A stretch of 64,000 bases of DNA, taken from the NCBI RefSeq assembly GCF_018977255.1, contig NW_024704743.1:40798001-40862000 (forward strand). The letters are read 5' to 3'. The translations under genes were made by a program, and so were the position numbers. This DNA comes from Callorhinchus milii. Lineage: Eukaryota. The notes beneath the pieces are model-generated. The model made no database searches and was not told the DNA's origin. It was given only the letters and a program-made list of their open reading frames with translations. Shown piece by piece: positions 1-13,669 of the stretch (the stretch's first letter is position 1; every line of letters starts with the position of its first letter).

Positions 1-694
1 CTGCATGTTGTTTCTGCTGGCTTTAAGCAGGACAATGGAGTTGTTAAAAATATCCGCTTCTGCTGGAAGCGATGTTACATGTTATGAATCGATATTTGGT
101 TGGAAACCTATTGCCTTAATTTCATAGAGACAATGCAATGGTAGGAAATCTATTGTCAAAGTTAAAAATCCAGTGTCAAAACAACAAGATTTAGATGACT
201 GTAGAGAAAGGTGAAGTGAAGGGAAACATATTTTACCAAGGACAAAATGGTCAGTTTATACATTTCGGGAATTGATCATTTATTATGCATTTCCTTTTAT
301 TTTACTGTTTTTTGCAATTGTGTCTGTGTGATTGATTGGCTTGTCATGGAGTAGAAAGTCTTTAAAGATCTGCAATGTATTAATTTGCAAATTCTATGTA
401 ACCCGAATTTCAAATTCTTTTTCTGGTCCAGAAAAGATTATAAACTCTTCGCTTCAATAACGGTTTTGAGATAAAAATTGTCTTTCAAAGTCAATGTAGA
501 ATAGTTTTAGGGCAGGGCAATCTGCAAAATAATTGGTCACCCCAGTGACACAACTCTTCAAAACACATATCCTTATGGATGCAATAAAAGCCCTGTACAG
601 CACTTTAGCTCTCACTTGGCCTGAAAGGACATTTTCAGATAACAAATCTGGAGACTGCATCATCAACAGCCCCTCTGTAAAACTCTGGGATCAA

Positions 695-2245
695 TACAAT
701 AACAATATCAACATTACATTTGTATAGCGAATTTTACGTTGGGATAATGTCCCAAGACACTGGACAGTCAGTGTTTCGGACCCGAGCTGGGAGTTGGGAT
801 TGGGGAGAGTGGAGGCCAGGGTGGGAAGCACGGTGACTGAAAGCATGGTTGAAGAGGAGGGTGTTGAGATGTATCTTGAAGGAGGCAAGGGAGGGAGCGA
901 GGCGGGGGGACTCCGGGATGAATTTCCAGAGGGTGGAGCAGAGTGGCAGAAGGCCCATCCTGCAATGGTGGGGCTTGCGAGGTGGGAGACGTGAAGCAAG
1001 CTGGAGGGCAGAATGGTAGGAGGTTAGGAGGTCGCAGAGGTAGGGGGAAGCAAGGCCATGGAGGAGTTTGAAGGTGAGGTCCAGGATCTTGAACTGTATC
1101 CTCTGAGTAATGGAAGCCAGTGGAGTTGGGCGAGGATGGGATTGATAGGGTCAAGGAGTCTGGTGCAGGAGAGGACACTGGCTGCAGAGTTCTGGATGAT
1201 CTGCAGCCTATAAAGGGAGGAGTTAGGAGCCTGACAAGCAAGGAGTTTGCATAATCAAGCCTCGATGTTATGAGGGTTTCAGCGGCCTGTGATGTGAGAC
1301 ACTGGCGGAGCTGGATGATGGTGCATTGGTGGGGGATAGCAGAGCGGGTCATGGCACAGATGTGGGGTAGAAAAGGTACTTGAGGGTCAAACAAGACGCA
1401 AGTTTCTCGACGGGCTTAGTAAGGTGGAGTGTGCACCCATGGATGGTGATGCTGTCAGCACCTGAGGTGAGAAGGCGCTGATGGGAGCCAATCAGGAGAG
1501 CCTTAGTGTTGTTGATGTTAAACTGTAGAAAGTTAGCTCTCATCCAGGACTTTTCTCTTTGACTGTGCCTTCAGCTCCCCTCTCGACTCTCTACCCACTC
1601 CTCGCTCCCACCCTTCCCTCCCCTCACCCTGACCATTTCCCCCCTGCTCGGGTCCTGACCCAACTGTACAGCGCCTTGGGATGTCCTCCCGACGTGAAAG
1701 GCGCTCAATAAATGGAATCTTGTTGTTGTTGTTGTTATTGATGTCTGACAGACATTCTGTCAGGACAGCAGTGGTCCTGGAGTCAAGGGTGGAGGCAGTG
1801 AGGTACAGTTGGGTGTCATCTGCATACATGTAGAAGTTGACCCAATGATTGTGCATTATGTCACCAAGAGGGAGCATATAGATGTTGAAGAGGAGGGGAT
1901 CCAGGACAGAACCCTGAGTAACACTGCATGAGACGGTGCGGGGGCTAAAGGAGAAACTGTTTGTGGAGATGAAATAGAGGTGGTGTGAGAGGTACCATCT
2001 GAACCAGTGAAGGACAGAGCCATGAAGATTGAGGTGAGAGGAGAGGCGGTGGATGAAGATAGAGTGGTCAACGGTGTCAAAGGCAGCAGAGAGGTCAAGG
2101 AGGATGAGGAGGCAGAGGGAGCCCTGGTCTCATATGGACAGAATGTCATTTGTCACTTTGACCAGGGCTGTTTCTGTGCTGTGGGCGGCACGGAAAACCA
2201 AATGGAGGGGTTTGTGAAGGGAGTGCCAGGAGCGGAAGGAGCGAA
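695..2245 (-). mobile_element. L2 LINE, 5'-truncated, decayed ORF2 (RT) plus 3' tail
   Basis: Frameshifted pieces [34 protein letters not shown]. 3' stem-loop and CAA-type tail near 695-760. Confidence 0.9.
1553..1739 (+). mobile_element. Short L2 3'-end nested in the older L2, opposite orientation
   Basis: gcgccttgggatgtcctcccgacgtgaaaggcgc plus (TTG)n tail. It interrupts ...catccaggactt|gatgtctgacag... of the host element. Confidence 0.85.
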
Positions 2246-4049
2246 GCTTCCAATACAAAGTTGGAAACAATCAGAGGAAATTGCATAATTTTATTTTTTC
2301 TGCATGAATGAATAGTTGTAATCTTCGCAGTCACTCCCAGACCATTTAAACAACTTTTGAACTTGCAGGGAATATATGAGCTATCTCTATTTGTTTCTTA
2401 TTGCTCATGACTTGGTATATGATAATCCTATAATAATTTTTTCATTTGATATAGCGCCTAAACACGTCTTTGAGATGTCTCAAATTGCTTCACAGAATAT
2501 ACTGTAAAGTGAATCGACTGCATATTTTGTGGGCAAATGTATGTTTTAACCACAACAAAATTACTGAAATTCTAATTGAAGAATCTCTCTTTCTATTGAT
2601 GTTGACTGTAATACTGCGTTATTAAAAGTTGTAACGTTTAATTGTCTTTATTCATGTAATTTAATGTTGTTATTTTACAATAATTTGATAAGAAAAAAAA
2701 CTGAATAAAGGCTATAAAACTGGCTGATAACAAACCAGCTGTGATGCCTCCACTTTTTATGCAGCTTCACAAAACCATAAGATCACAAAAGAGGTCTGGA
2801 TGAAGAAGGTCATTTAATCCATTTCACTTCATCCTTCCAGAATACCCACCCTAACATTCTCCCATTGTAACGTCAAGATATTTCTTAAATGAATTGAGGA
2901 TCTTGGTCTCAATCACTCTTCATAATAACCATGCAAATCATTAATTAATTACCCTCATGTAAAGAAATACTTCTTGGCATCTGTCCTGAAATTGATCTTC
3001 ATAATCTTGAATTTGTGCCCTTTTGTTCTGCTGCATTGGCATATCTGAAATACATTTTTTTTGCTAAGACTTTCTGGTTAAAGGCGTGCTGGACAAATAG
3101 TGTCAAATTCAATTGAGATCGTGATTTATTCTTCAGTTCTTTGTGTAAATTATCAGATGTTGTCTGCTATGCCTATTGACCTATAAAGACAATTGATTTA
3201 ACTTCAGCCATTTAATCCAATGGAACAAAATTATTTCTTCTCACTGTTTTTACTGATATTATTGTCACTACCACACTAATAAAGTCACTCCATGTCCTAG
3301 AGACAGTTTTATTAATAGGATAAAACCTATCCTTTTGTGGGTACTTCTGTAGTATTCTGATAGTGATTAGTATCCAACATGATCCAAATTACAATGATTA
3401 TTGCTGGAAACGGCATTGGAAATTGCATTCATGTATTCTCCCATTTTTGATCACCAGTTTAGTTTTGATCACTGTTCAACATTGAAAATAGAGGTTTACA
3501 TGGATTACTCAAAAATATATTAGCTGATGTCAAGTGCATAAAAAGCTCTTAGTTCAGATAGAACATCTTATCTTGAAATTGTCTGTAGAAGTCTTACTTT
3601 GAAATGAAGAATGCAGTATGTGATGTGATGAACGTAGGACATAGACCATAGCAGGAGCCTGATCAATACTCCCTCAAACTTCCTTCAAATGATTGTGACC
3701 AAAGCCATTTCTGCAGCCTGTTGGCAGCGCTATTGGAACTGCTATCAGATAGATTAAAGCTCTTGTTTGCAACACTAATCCTCGCATTTGATACAGTACC
3801 TTTTATTGGATGGACGTCTCAAGACACTTCACAGGATTCACAGTAAACTGGAGTGACGATGTATTTTGCCAATTGAGCCACGCTGATCCCTGATAAACAT
3901 GAAATAAATTTAGCTGATTATCCAATCTTTCATCTCTTTAGTATCTCCTTCTTTTAATTCAAGCAAATATATTTCTCCTCTCTTTTTCTAAACGATTCCT
4001 ATTAAAATATATCAGTTGCCTCAATTTGTCCAGTGCAAAGAAAAGTAAA

Positions 4050-4392
4050 AGTAGCAACTCTCACGTCTGAGTCAGAAAGTTATGAGTTCAAGTCCCATGT
4101 TAGGAGCTTGAATGCATATAGTCTGGGCCAGAACTGTGTTGCGAGGGTGTTGAATTATTAGCTGTCTACAGTACACCTTAAAAAGAGAAGGGAGTTTCTC
4201 ATTGTGTTGTGGCCAGCAGTCCCCTAATGAAAATTGGTCACTCACTTCATGGCTGTTTGTGGGAAATTTGTGTGAAAATTTACTGCTGTGTTCACATGAA
4301 AAATGGAGTCACTCTGCTTCAAAATAAATCCTGTCAAATACTTTGCGTCATCTTGTAACACGAAAGGACCTATATCAAATGTAAGGATTATA
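4050..4392 (+). mobile_element. Old Deu-domain-type (SacSINE1/AmnSINE-like) SINE
   Basis: tRNA-like head (ctctcacgtctgagtcagaaagttatgagttcaagtccca), Deu-like middle, and an L2-like tail ending gcaagg-atta type. Confidence 0.6.
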
Positions 4393-5007
4393 AAAAGGAT
4401 GACTGGATGAAGCCACCTCAGCCACAAAACTATGTTTTTTGATATCTTGATCAAAATTAATTCATTCTGTACAATTTGAATTATGTTTTCAATAACTACT
4501 GATTAGAATGGAATATTTTTACAATATACAATAGACAGTCTAATCTTTGGATTAAGCAAATTGTAAATGAAGGAATAATAGAAAGTAGTTTTAATCATGA
4601 TGATAATAACAATAATTCTTACATCTGATCTAGCATATTTCACATCAGGAGGATGTCCAAAGTGCTTCACAGGATAATGTATAAAGTGCAGTGACAATGT
4701 ATTTTTTGGGCGAATGTGGCTGCTAATTTTCGCACAGCAATGTCCCACAACAATGTTTTGTTTAGTGTCTTTATAAATGTTTATGTTTTTGCCATCCGAG
4801 AAATCATACCTGAGCTTTATAAATGTGTCCTTCAACATTTAATTTTTTTNAAAATCCAGGTCAGTGAAGCACAGCATGTCATCAGAATATAGAGATTATA
4901 ATCATAGGAGAAAATTAGGTTTTGTGACAATAGAAAGGAAAAATAGTTAATAGGTGAGCAAAACATGTGAAATATAGTAGTGGCCAAATCAAAGGTAAAG
5001 GATTTTT

Positions 5008-6225
5008 TCATAGATTCATAGAATGTTACGGTACAGAAGGAGGCCATTCGGCCCATCGAGTCTGTGCCGACTCTTTGACAGAGCAAGTCACTTTCACTAA
5101 CCCCAATCACCAGCTTTCTCCCCATAACCCTGCAAACCCGTCTTCCCCAGATACCTAAAATTTCTTCTAACCTCCGCTCTGCTTCTTTTGGTAGATATCT
5201 TAAGACTGTGACCACGGGTCACAGACACACCTACCAGCGGAAACATCTTTCCCTTTTCTAGCCTGTCGAAACCTTTCATGATCTTGAAGACCTCTCTCAG
5301 GTCCCCGCGTAACCTTCTCTGCTCTAATGGGAAAAGTCCTACCTTCTCCAGCCTGTCCTCATAGCTAAGGTTCCCCATTCCTGGTATCATTCTCGTGAAT
5401 CTCCTCTGCACCCTTTCCAGTGCCTTAATATCCTTCCTGAAGTAAGGTGTACAGAACTGGACGCGGTACTCCAGCTGAGGTCTAACCAGTGTTTTGTATA
5501 GATTAACCATAACCTCCCTACTCTTATACTCTATGCCCCTACTAATAAAGCTCAGTGCACCAAATGCCTTTTTTACTGCCTTATCTACCTGCCCCGCTAC
5601 CTTTAATGATTCGCTTACTTGAACACCCAGATCTCTCTGTACGTTCACCCCCCTTAAGATTGAGCTACCAAGTCTATATTGCCTCCTATCATTTTTCCTA
5701 CCTAAGTGTATCACCTCACATTTATCCACATTGAAATCCATCTGCCACATGTCAGCCCATTCCACCATTCTGTGTTCTGTGTATGTCAGCGCCTTGGGAC
5801 GTCCTCCTGACGTGAAAGGCGCTTTATAAATGGAATCTTGTTGTTGTTGTTGTTGTTGCTTGCAGTTGGTTACAGTCCTCTTCGCTATTTACTACCCTAC
5901 CTAACTTTCTATCATCTGCAAACTTAGAAATTGTGCTCTCTATGTCCAAGTCCAGATCATTAATATATATTAGAAAGAGCAGTGGTCCCAATACCGATCC
6001 CTGGGGGACACCGCTGCACACCTCCTTCCATTTCGAGAAACACCCATTAACCACCCCCTCTGCATTCTGTCACTCAGCCAGTCCTTAATCTAAACTGCCA
6101 CTGTCCCCTTAATACTGTGGGTCTCTAATTTTTTTATCAATCACTTATGCGGTACTGTGTCAAAAGCCTTTTTGAAATCCATGTAAATAACGTCCACCGC
6201 ATTTCCCTCATCAACCCTCGCAGTA
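5008..6225 (-). mobile_element. CR1 LINE 3' portion (RT C-terminus plus 3' UTR)
   Basis: ORFs 5824-6054 ([27 protein letters not shown]) and 5097-5768 (WQMDFNVDKCEVIH..LYKTLVRPQLEY..LERVQRRFTRMIPG..RRLRGDL). CR1 tail with TCTATGAA repeats near 5010-5025. Confidence 0.95.
5771..5858 (+). mobile_element. L2 3' tail inserted into the CR1
   Basis: gcgccttgggacgtcctcctgacgtgaaaggcgc plus (TTG)n; it splits the CR1 ORF. Confidence 0.85.
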
Positions 6226-7919
6226 TCTTTCAGAAGCAAATAAAGCGCTAAAATAAGATAAGGGACAGTAACAAGAAAAGGCAAAGGTAATGGAACAAAT
6301 TGGAGATAAAAAAAGACCTAAAGTGTAGTGACTGTATTTTTGTAGTGGAATGCAGCAGCCAATTTGCACACAAAAATTGCCCACAAACAGCCATGAGGTG
6401 AATGATCAATTATTCAACAATGACAAGAACAACAAATTGCATTTAGATAATAGAGGGTAGTTATTTGATGATTGCTTCGATATCTCATCTGAAGGACAAT
6501 ACCTTCAACAATGCAGCGCATCCCCAGCACTACACTTGCATGTCAGCCTAGAATGACATTATAGAGTCTCATCGACACAGTTAAATAATAATAATAATAA
6601 TAATAATAATCCTTGCATTTGATGTAGCGCTTTTCATCCACAAACGTCTGATTCAGAGGTTGTAAAGCAGCATTTAGTTGTTGATCTGAACTGAAACAGA
6701 TTTTATATTGCTCCACCCCAAACAAAAATGGTAATAACTTGTTTTTATAAAAAGAAAGCTCCCACAGAGCAAACCAATGTGCCAAATTTGCAGCCTTATT
6801 CAGTTCTGAAACCACCTGATAATGATTCATTGAAAATCTGCTGTTTTATCACATTAATTCAGGAACTTTGAGATGTGCTCCCAATGTGAAAAGGCACAAT
6901 ATTAATGTAAATTGTAAATCTGTTCTGATACGTCACAGATGTTCTAATGAATGCAGACAGGATGACTAATACAGAAAGTATACCTGAGGATTGTTTCGAT
7001 GGATGTCACTTCCTTTGCTTGTCTGAATCTTTGTCCTCTACAATGTTTTGGTCCAGGAATTTGAATAATTTGCTTCGCTGTGATTTCAATCTTTAAGATG
7101 ATGCATGACATCTCTAATAGCTTCACACCTTCGGTCATATCCCTTTTCCCATTGTTTATGTTTTGATTTAATTAAGTCTTTTTTTTCAGAGCGATGCTCC
7201 GTGCTGTATGCACATTTATATTTGTGAAACCAATGGTGTCTATCAAAACTCTTGCAACAGCAGTGTGACAAAAATACATTTTATACAGCTTAGTTTTAAG
7301 TCAAAATTTTATTTTTAGCTCCACATTTGGGATCACTGTCCCAATCATTGCACAAAGCCTGTGGCATGACTCGAGATTAAATGTGAGCAAGTTATTTGAT
7401 TTATAAAGTAATAATCCTTCATTTGATACAGCACCTTATCACGTCTTCGAGACGTCTCAAAGCGTTTCACAGAAAATACTGTAAAGTGAATCAACTGTAC
7501 TTGTTGTGGGTGAAAAAGCCATGATTTAGATCGTAAGAGATCTTTGGGCACTGGTTTTAATTGAACAAGTCTCAAATTATATTAACGAAAAGAATAAATA
7601 TTTTTTTCCATCCAGACTAATGGCTACATGAAAATAACCTCCAACAGAAACAGTTGCTGTTGTGTCGATTAACTTTGATTGAGAATGGTAAAGCTGAGAT
7701 GACAATGATTCAAACTCCTTGAATTTAGACTGTAGAAGCAGCTCAAAATATTCTTAAAACCAACATTAGGACATGTCTATGTGACTATAACTATTGGATC
7801 TGGTTTATCTCTGAATTTTATCATGAATTTCCCAGCAAATTGCCATCATAATATTGCCAGTTTACCATGAAGCATACATTTTCAATGTAGAAGAATTAAT
7901 ATGCACCTACAAAATGCAC

Positions 7920-8291
7920 AGTCCTGTAGTTCAGTGGTTAGAGCACAAGCCTCGCAAGTGAGAGACCTGGGTTCGATTCCTGCGGGGCGAAATGATGAGC
8001 AAGTTTCCTTACTCCACATGCCTCTGTTTACCTAGCTGTAAGTAGGAACCTGATTGTTAGTCAATTGGCGGATTGCTTTTCTGGGGGTAATAATTCCTTC
8101 AAAAAAATAATAATAATGAATCAGTGCTTCAATCTATGACTTTTTGTGGGATAATGCTGTGTGCAATTGGCTGTCGTGTTTCGTCCACAAAATATTCAGT
8201 CAATTCACTTTACAGTATATTCTGTGAAGCGCTTTGAGACATCTTGAAGACATGTTAAGGCGTTATATTAAATATAAAGATTATTATTATT
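7920..8291 (+). mobile_element. tRNA-derived SINE, long variant with CORE-like middle
   Basis: A box (tagttcagtggtta), B box (ggttcgattcc), gcaagtttccttactccacatgcctctgtttacctagctgtaag, L2-like tail, (TTA)n end. Confidence 0.9.
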
Positions 8292-10053
8292 GCAGCCACG
8301 ATACTTTACAGTAAATCCTGTAAAGCATTTCGAGATGTCCACCAGACGTGATAAAATGCAACGATTATTTTGTGGTATATTTTGTGGTTCTGCTCATTAA
8401 CAGAATTGTGTCCAAAAGTAATACTAATACAACAACAGTACTTCAATAACTGCACCAATTGGAGGCAAGCTTATTTATCATACAGTATTTATATTTAACA
8501 TTTCAAAGTTGATTTTGCTGAATTTAAAATGTGAAGTTACAAACTAAATGTTCGTCAACCGGCTATAAACAGCACTACCCATGCTATTAGATGTGAGTTC
8601 AGTTGATATTACATTTCAGAGATTGTAGTATTAAAAAAAATGCCCTCGAGAAATGTGAGGGTTAATGGAAATAAAAATGAGCTGCCACATCACTGGAAGG
8701 CAATCCTTCAATCAGGCTTCCCATTGTTTCTGTTTTAATATATACTTATTTACAAAATAAAAAATAATTTAATGTAATATACCCCAAGCATGTTGTTTTT
8801 TTTTCCTTTGTGCTGTGGAAATCTTGTAAAGCATCATAACATGAAAGTTCACATGGATGGGGAAGTGTTCACAGTCATATTAAATATGCTAGACAATGTC
8901 ATGGACAAACAAACAAGTGGAAAATAAGATATGCATGATTCTGCGTCAATATCTCCACATTCATGCTCTCAGCCCAGCCCTGCTAGGAATAATTTATGTT
9001 TTGTCCCATGACCTGGATTTAACTACATTAGTTTTGCGTGACTTCCTGTATAATGATGTAAACAACACCTCAATAAATTCAATTGGTCCTGCTTTTCATT
9101 TTCATGAATATATTTTGCACCTGTTTTAAAGGTAGGAATGTTGAGAGTAGCACTGAATAATGGGCTATTACTCAAAACTCAGCCTAATCTACCTAATCTA
9201 ACAGTAAATAAAGCTAGACATTTTCTTTCCCCCAGGCCCCCCACACCCTTTTTAAATGTATGTTAAATAGTACATGATGCTTAACTCCAGAATCTGTGTT
9301 TATGCTGGTGGGAGCAAGGTGGCATTGCTCCTGGCTGTGCAGCAATGTGGAACAGTACGGCCAATTTATATCTATCTCCCTTTCCACACCTCTTTGTTTT
9401 TTGAGCCCCTGTTCAATGTAAACACACAATTTCAATGACCTACACATGAACAAGGGTCCACTTGTAATGAACACTGATATCGGGAGAGGTTTGTTTCCTG
9501 AGCCCTGTTCAAACACCTGCTGATATCATTGTTCAGTGCACGTACACCATCGTGTGTGAGCAGAACACACACTTGGAGTGCTCGTGTTTTATTAGAGTTA
9601 GAAGAATTTTAAAGAGCCATCACACGGTTGGATCTTTGATTCTATTAAAAAACAATGGCTCTGCTTTTGCTTTTGGAGTGTGCCGAACCACCTATCCTAT
9701 GTTGAGAAATTCCTGAAGAACACCATCCTAGACCCCTGCGCAATCTGCGAGTGGTCTGTGCGGCAGGTAGTCAAAACAGTTTGAAATAGGGAGAGGACAG
9801 ACCCAATTGAGAGATAGCCTGCGACGACTGCCAGCTATGTCTGACTAACACCTCGACACCGACCCTAACCAGCAACCATCAGGACATGGCTTGGCTGGGG
9901 ATAAAAGGAACCTTCCCACTCAGGGTTTTCATGCACGGTCGAGGTCTGGGCCAGTCAGCACGTTGCCCTCAGGCCGCTGCAGAGCCCAGGATACAGGGAC
10001 CACCTCTTCCTGGAGTGTTGTTTGGCGAAGGCTGTTTGGAAAGTTGGTTGTTA

Positions 10054-10375
10054 GGAGTTCTGTAGCTCAATGTTTAGAGCACTCGCCTTGCAAACGAGAC
10101 ACCTGGGTTCAATTCCAGGCAGGGCAAAACCTTGGGCAAGTTTCCTTACTCCACATGCCTAATAATAATCCCTCCAAAAAACAATAAATATTAGTGATTT
10201 TCAATCCACAACTGTTTGTGGGACACTGCTGTGCGCAATTGGCTGCCGCGTTTGCCCACAAATATACAGTCAGTTTACTTTACAGTCTATTCTGTGAAGT
10301 GCTTTGAGATGTCAAGAAGACATGAAAAACACTATATCAAATGCAAGGATTATTATTATTATATTATTATTATTA
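10054..10375 (+). mobile_element. tRNA(Ala-like)-derived SINE, short variant
   Basis: ggagttctgtagctcaatgtttagagcac..TTGCAA..ggttcaattcc head, truncated CORE-like part, (TTA)n tail. Confidence 0.92.
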
Positions 10376-10608
10376 AATGGATGTAATGGATTCTCTTGCG
10401 GTTCGTCCATGGGACCCACTGTCATGGCACTCGGTGCTGTACGGCCTGTTCCAGGGCGCTCACAGTGAAACCCACATCGAGTGTGCCTGGAGGATCATAA
10501 ACTCGGTAAAGGAGGCCCTTTGGCATTCCCGAAACCAGGTGTTCTTCTGGCAGAACAAGGGGATGGTGAGGACCTGCCTCAGGCTCCTACACACTAGGAT
10601 CAGGGACT

Positions 10609-10930
10609 AATAATAATAATAATAATCCTTGCATTTGATATAGCGCTTTTCACGTCGGGAGGACGTCCCAAAGCGCTTCACAGAACACACTGTAAAGTGA
10701 ATTGACTGTATATTAGTGGGCGAACACGGCAGTCAATTGCGCACAGCAATGTCCCACATAGAGTCGTAGATTGAAAATGACCAATTTTTATTATTGTTTT
10801 TGTTTTTTTTGGAGGGATTATTATTAGGCGTGTGGAGTAAGGAAACTTGCCCAAGGTTTCGCCCTGCCTGGAATTGAACTCAGGTCTCTCACTTGCAAAG
10901 CGAGTGCTCTAACCACTGAGCTACGGGACT
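10609..10930 (-). mobile_element. tRNA-derived SINE, short variant with L2-type loop
   Basis: Reverse-complement copy; tail gggacgtcctcccgacgtgaaaagcgc plus (TTA)n. Confidence 0.93.
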
Positions 10931-12859
10931 ATACACTGAGGGACAAGCTGAAGTTCGGCTCAACCATGGCAAAGGCCAGATGGGGCCTGACCCCTGCAGG
11001 AGCTGCTCCTGCGCAAACTGCTCAGGGCCGCACCCACCCGGTAGCCCACGAGCGCACCCTAAACTAGGACTGAAATAAATGTGAGGTTAACCATATAAAT
11101 GTACAGAAGCATGCTTGAGATGTAAATAAAGAGTGTCCTGAAAATGTATGTACAGTAAACATGTGCGTGTACGGTGCACATCGGGGCATAGCCCGACTGT
11201 TTTAAAGCAAGCATCCAAAAAATGTATGAAACAACCTGTGCACGGTGAAGAAATGTACCCTAAACAATGTAATGTTTTTGTATCGGGAGAAAGGGAAAAA
11301 ATTGTACTTTGTGTTTGTTTGGGATTTCTGTTGTACCAAATATTACATTTGTAAATAAATATATATTTAAAAAATATTAAAAAGCAATGGATAACTTTAA
11401 ACAGCATGCAGGGAGACGAGCCTAGTGGGATTAACACACATTGCATTTATACTGTCAAGAAAGTAACCTCACTGCTCCTGAAATCGAGTCTTTAGTGATT
11501 TGTGCTGTCGATGCACCCATTCATACTGCACGTTTGGGAGCAAATCACTGCCAGACGTGCAGTGTAAACACATCAATCAATTACTTTTGTTACCATCAGT
11601 ATTTACTATTTAGTCAAACAACAGATAGCACAATAAAAGTACTGATAGTCAATCTACATGCTTGAAGTTATGCTAGTTTTACATATATACAATACAATTC
11701 ACATTTATATAGCGCCTTTCACGTCGGTGGTGGGTGTCTTAAACAACAACAACAAATGACATTTGTATATTAAAGACCTTCACATATGTATGTTAAATTA
11801 AGCTAGGGTAAATTGTTCCTTTCTTCCTCTGTATGGCAGCTATATTTGAAAAAGAATCATTCCCTACCGTTATCCAACTGTTCCCACTTGCCCTGAAATC
11901 ACCAGAGTAACAAAAATCACCTTAATTTCAAATTATATTAATACATTGGGATCTACCACATATCACTGTATATACTATGGACTGTCTTAAGTCCTTATTG
12001 ACCATTCTGAGACAAGCCATTTTACCAGTCTACAGAGAAAATGGTAACCTTATTGGGGAAAATTAAATGATTTGCTTTTCTGTCTATTTTGATATTGTGT
12101 AATTTAAAGCTTTACAGCATCAGTTGACACTTTTCTTGAGAATTGCTTCTACCGTGCAGAAATCTAACTTATAACAAATGATCCTTAATTGTAATAAATG
12201 TCCATTTAATGCTCAGTGGACTATAATTGTTACAGTCAAATCTTTCATCTTCTCCCTACAGTCAATGTTTGAAGGTTTTTAGTAGTACTTAATGAGAACA
12301 GACACTTCCATAATTCTCTATCATGTGAAATTTGTGGCTCAGTGATGTGACTCGGTTACATAATTAATCTGGTGGAACTAACAGTGACACTGTCCGTCTC
12401 TGGAGAGACATCACTGGGCACATTTACTGTGACTCTACCATCACCGCAATCTGTCAGCTACTTTACTGCAACTCCTGCTGTCAACAGCATCAGTAGTGAT
12501 TGTAAATAGGGACAAGAAGGTTGCTACTAGTTTTGTTCTCGAGCTCTACTTCATGTCAGTCTACCATAAATCTGACATTTAAATTTGACAATAAATCAAA
12601 ACACCAAATAGTAACTTTCTATTTTTCCTTTCTTCACATGAGATTGCCCCACAAAATTAGTTTCCTGCCGCGTATAAGATCCTAATGTCTTGCAGGTTTC
12701 TTCCCATTCTCAGTTAAAACTAGTGGTCAAATGGTGTTTGTTAATAAAGTCAACATTAGCTTTGTTATCAGGACACTTGAATTTCACACAATATTCCATT
12801 CCAGTGCCACAGCTAGGATTCAGTCTTACGCCAATGTAACAATAAAAATAACTTCACTT

Positions 12860-13210
12860 TGGCATTGGTGAGGGTACAGTGAAGGATAACTAAATTGATA
12901 GCTGGAATTCCTTGAGTTATAAAGAGAGGCTGTGGGAGATGGGAATATTCACACTGAGATAGAGAAAGCTAGGAAAGATATCATTTCGGTATTCAAGATC
13001 CTATAGGGTATAAATAAACTCAACCTTAATGTCTAATGTGGTCACAACATCTACAAGAGGATAAATGAAGCTCAGAAGAAGACGGTGCAGTATTACGCAG
13101 AGAGTGGTGAACATGTAAAATAAATTACCCAAGGGGGCTGTGGAACATAGATTGTGACAGAAACTATAAGATAGAATTGGATAGATATCCAGCAAACAAA
13201 TCAATTGAGA
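12860..13210 (+). mobile_element. Highly decayed CR1 fragment
   Basis: Remnants of ttgagttataaagagaggctg..., gcagagagtggtgaacatgt..aaattacc. Confidence 0.55.
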
Positions 13211-13669
13211 GATATCAAAGTTATAATCAAGATTTATATATTATCTGTCTTTTCTAGTGTTATACATTTTGAATTAAATGTAACCATTTTACATTTACTG
13301 AATGAATCAACTATTCTAAGTTGGTGGAGATTGAGTAAAATAACTCCATTGGTTGCCCAATTAAAATGTTGTCAAAATCATGAAACAATTGGTTCAAACT
13401 CACAAACAATAAGAGTTTGGAACATATGATTTGGTAAGAGATGTGAGCTCAGCATGGTTCTACAAAATGTACAGTCACTTTACAATACATTCCTGTGAAA
13501 CACTTTGAAATTCCTCCCAGTCTGAAAGGCGTTATAAGAAATGTAAGGATTATTATTTGTATTCTTCTCAGGTTCTCATCCACCATAATTGACATTGCAA
13601 GGACAAAGATAGGTGGATGTGAATGGGAAAAACTATGTTCATGATGCTAACCTAGATATATATCTACAA

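Larger units (their letters stand above)
9640..11385 (+). mobile_element. Tx1/L1-clade LINE 3' end, interrupted by two SINEs
   Basis: Decayed ORF2 C-terminus: HLSYVEKFLK, HQDMAWL..KGTFPLRVFMH.RGL..SARCP, HLFLEC.LAKAVW (zinc knuckle), SVLYGLFQGAHSETHIECAWRIINSVKEALW, RDYTLRDKLKFG..AKARWG. AT-rich 3' UTR ending in AATAAA and an A-rich tail. Confidence 0.85.

Noticed and set aside
11370..11420. U2 snRNA target site downstream of the Tx1 (Keno-like specificity)
   Set aside because: The flank shows no U2 similarity.
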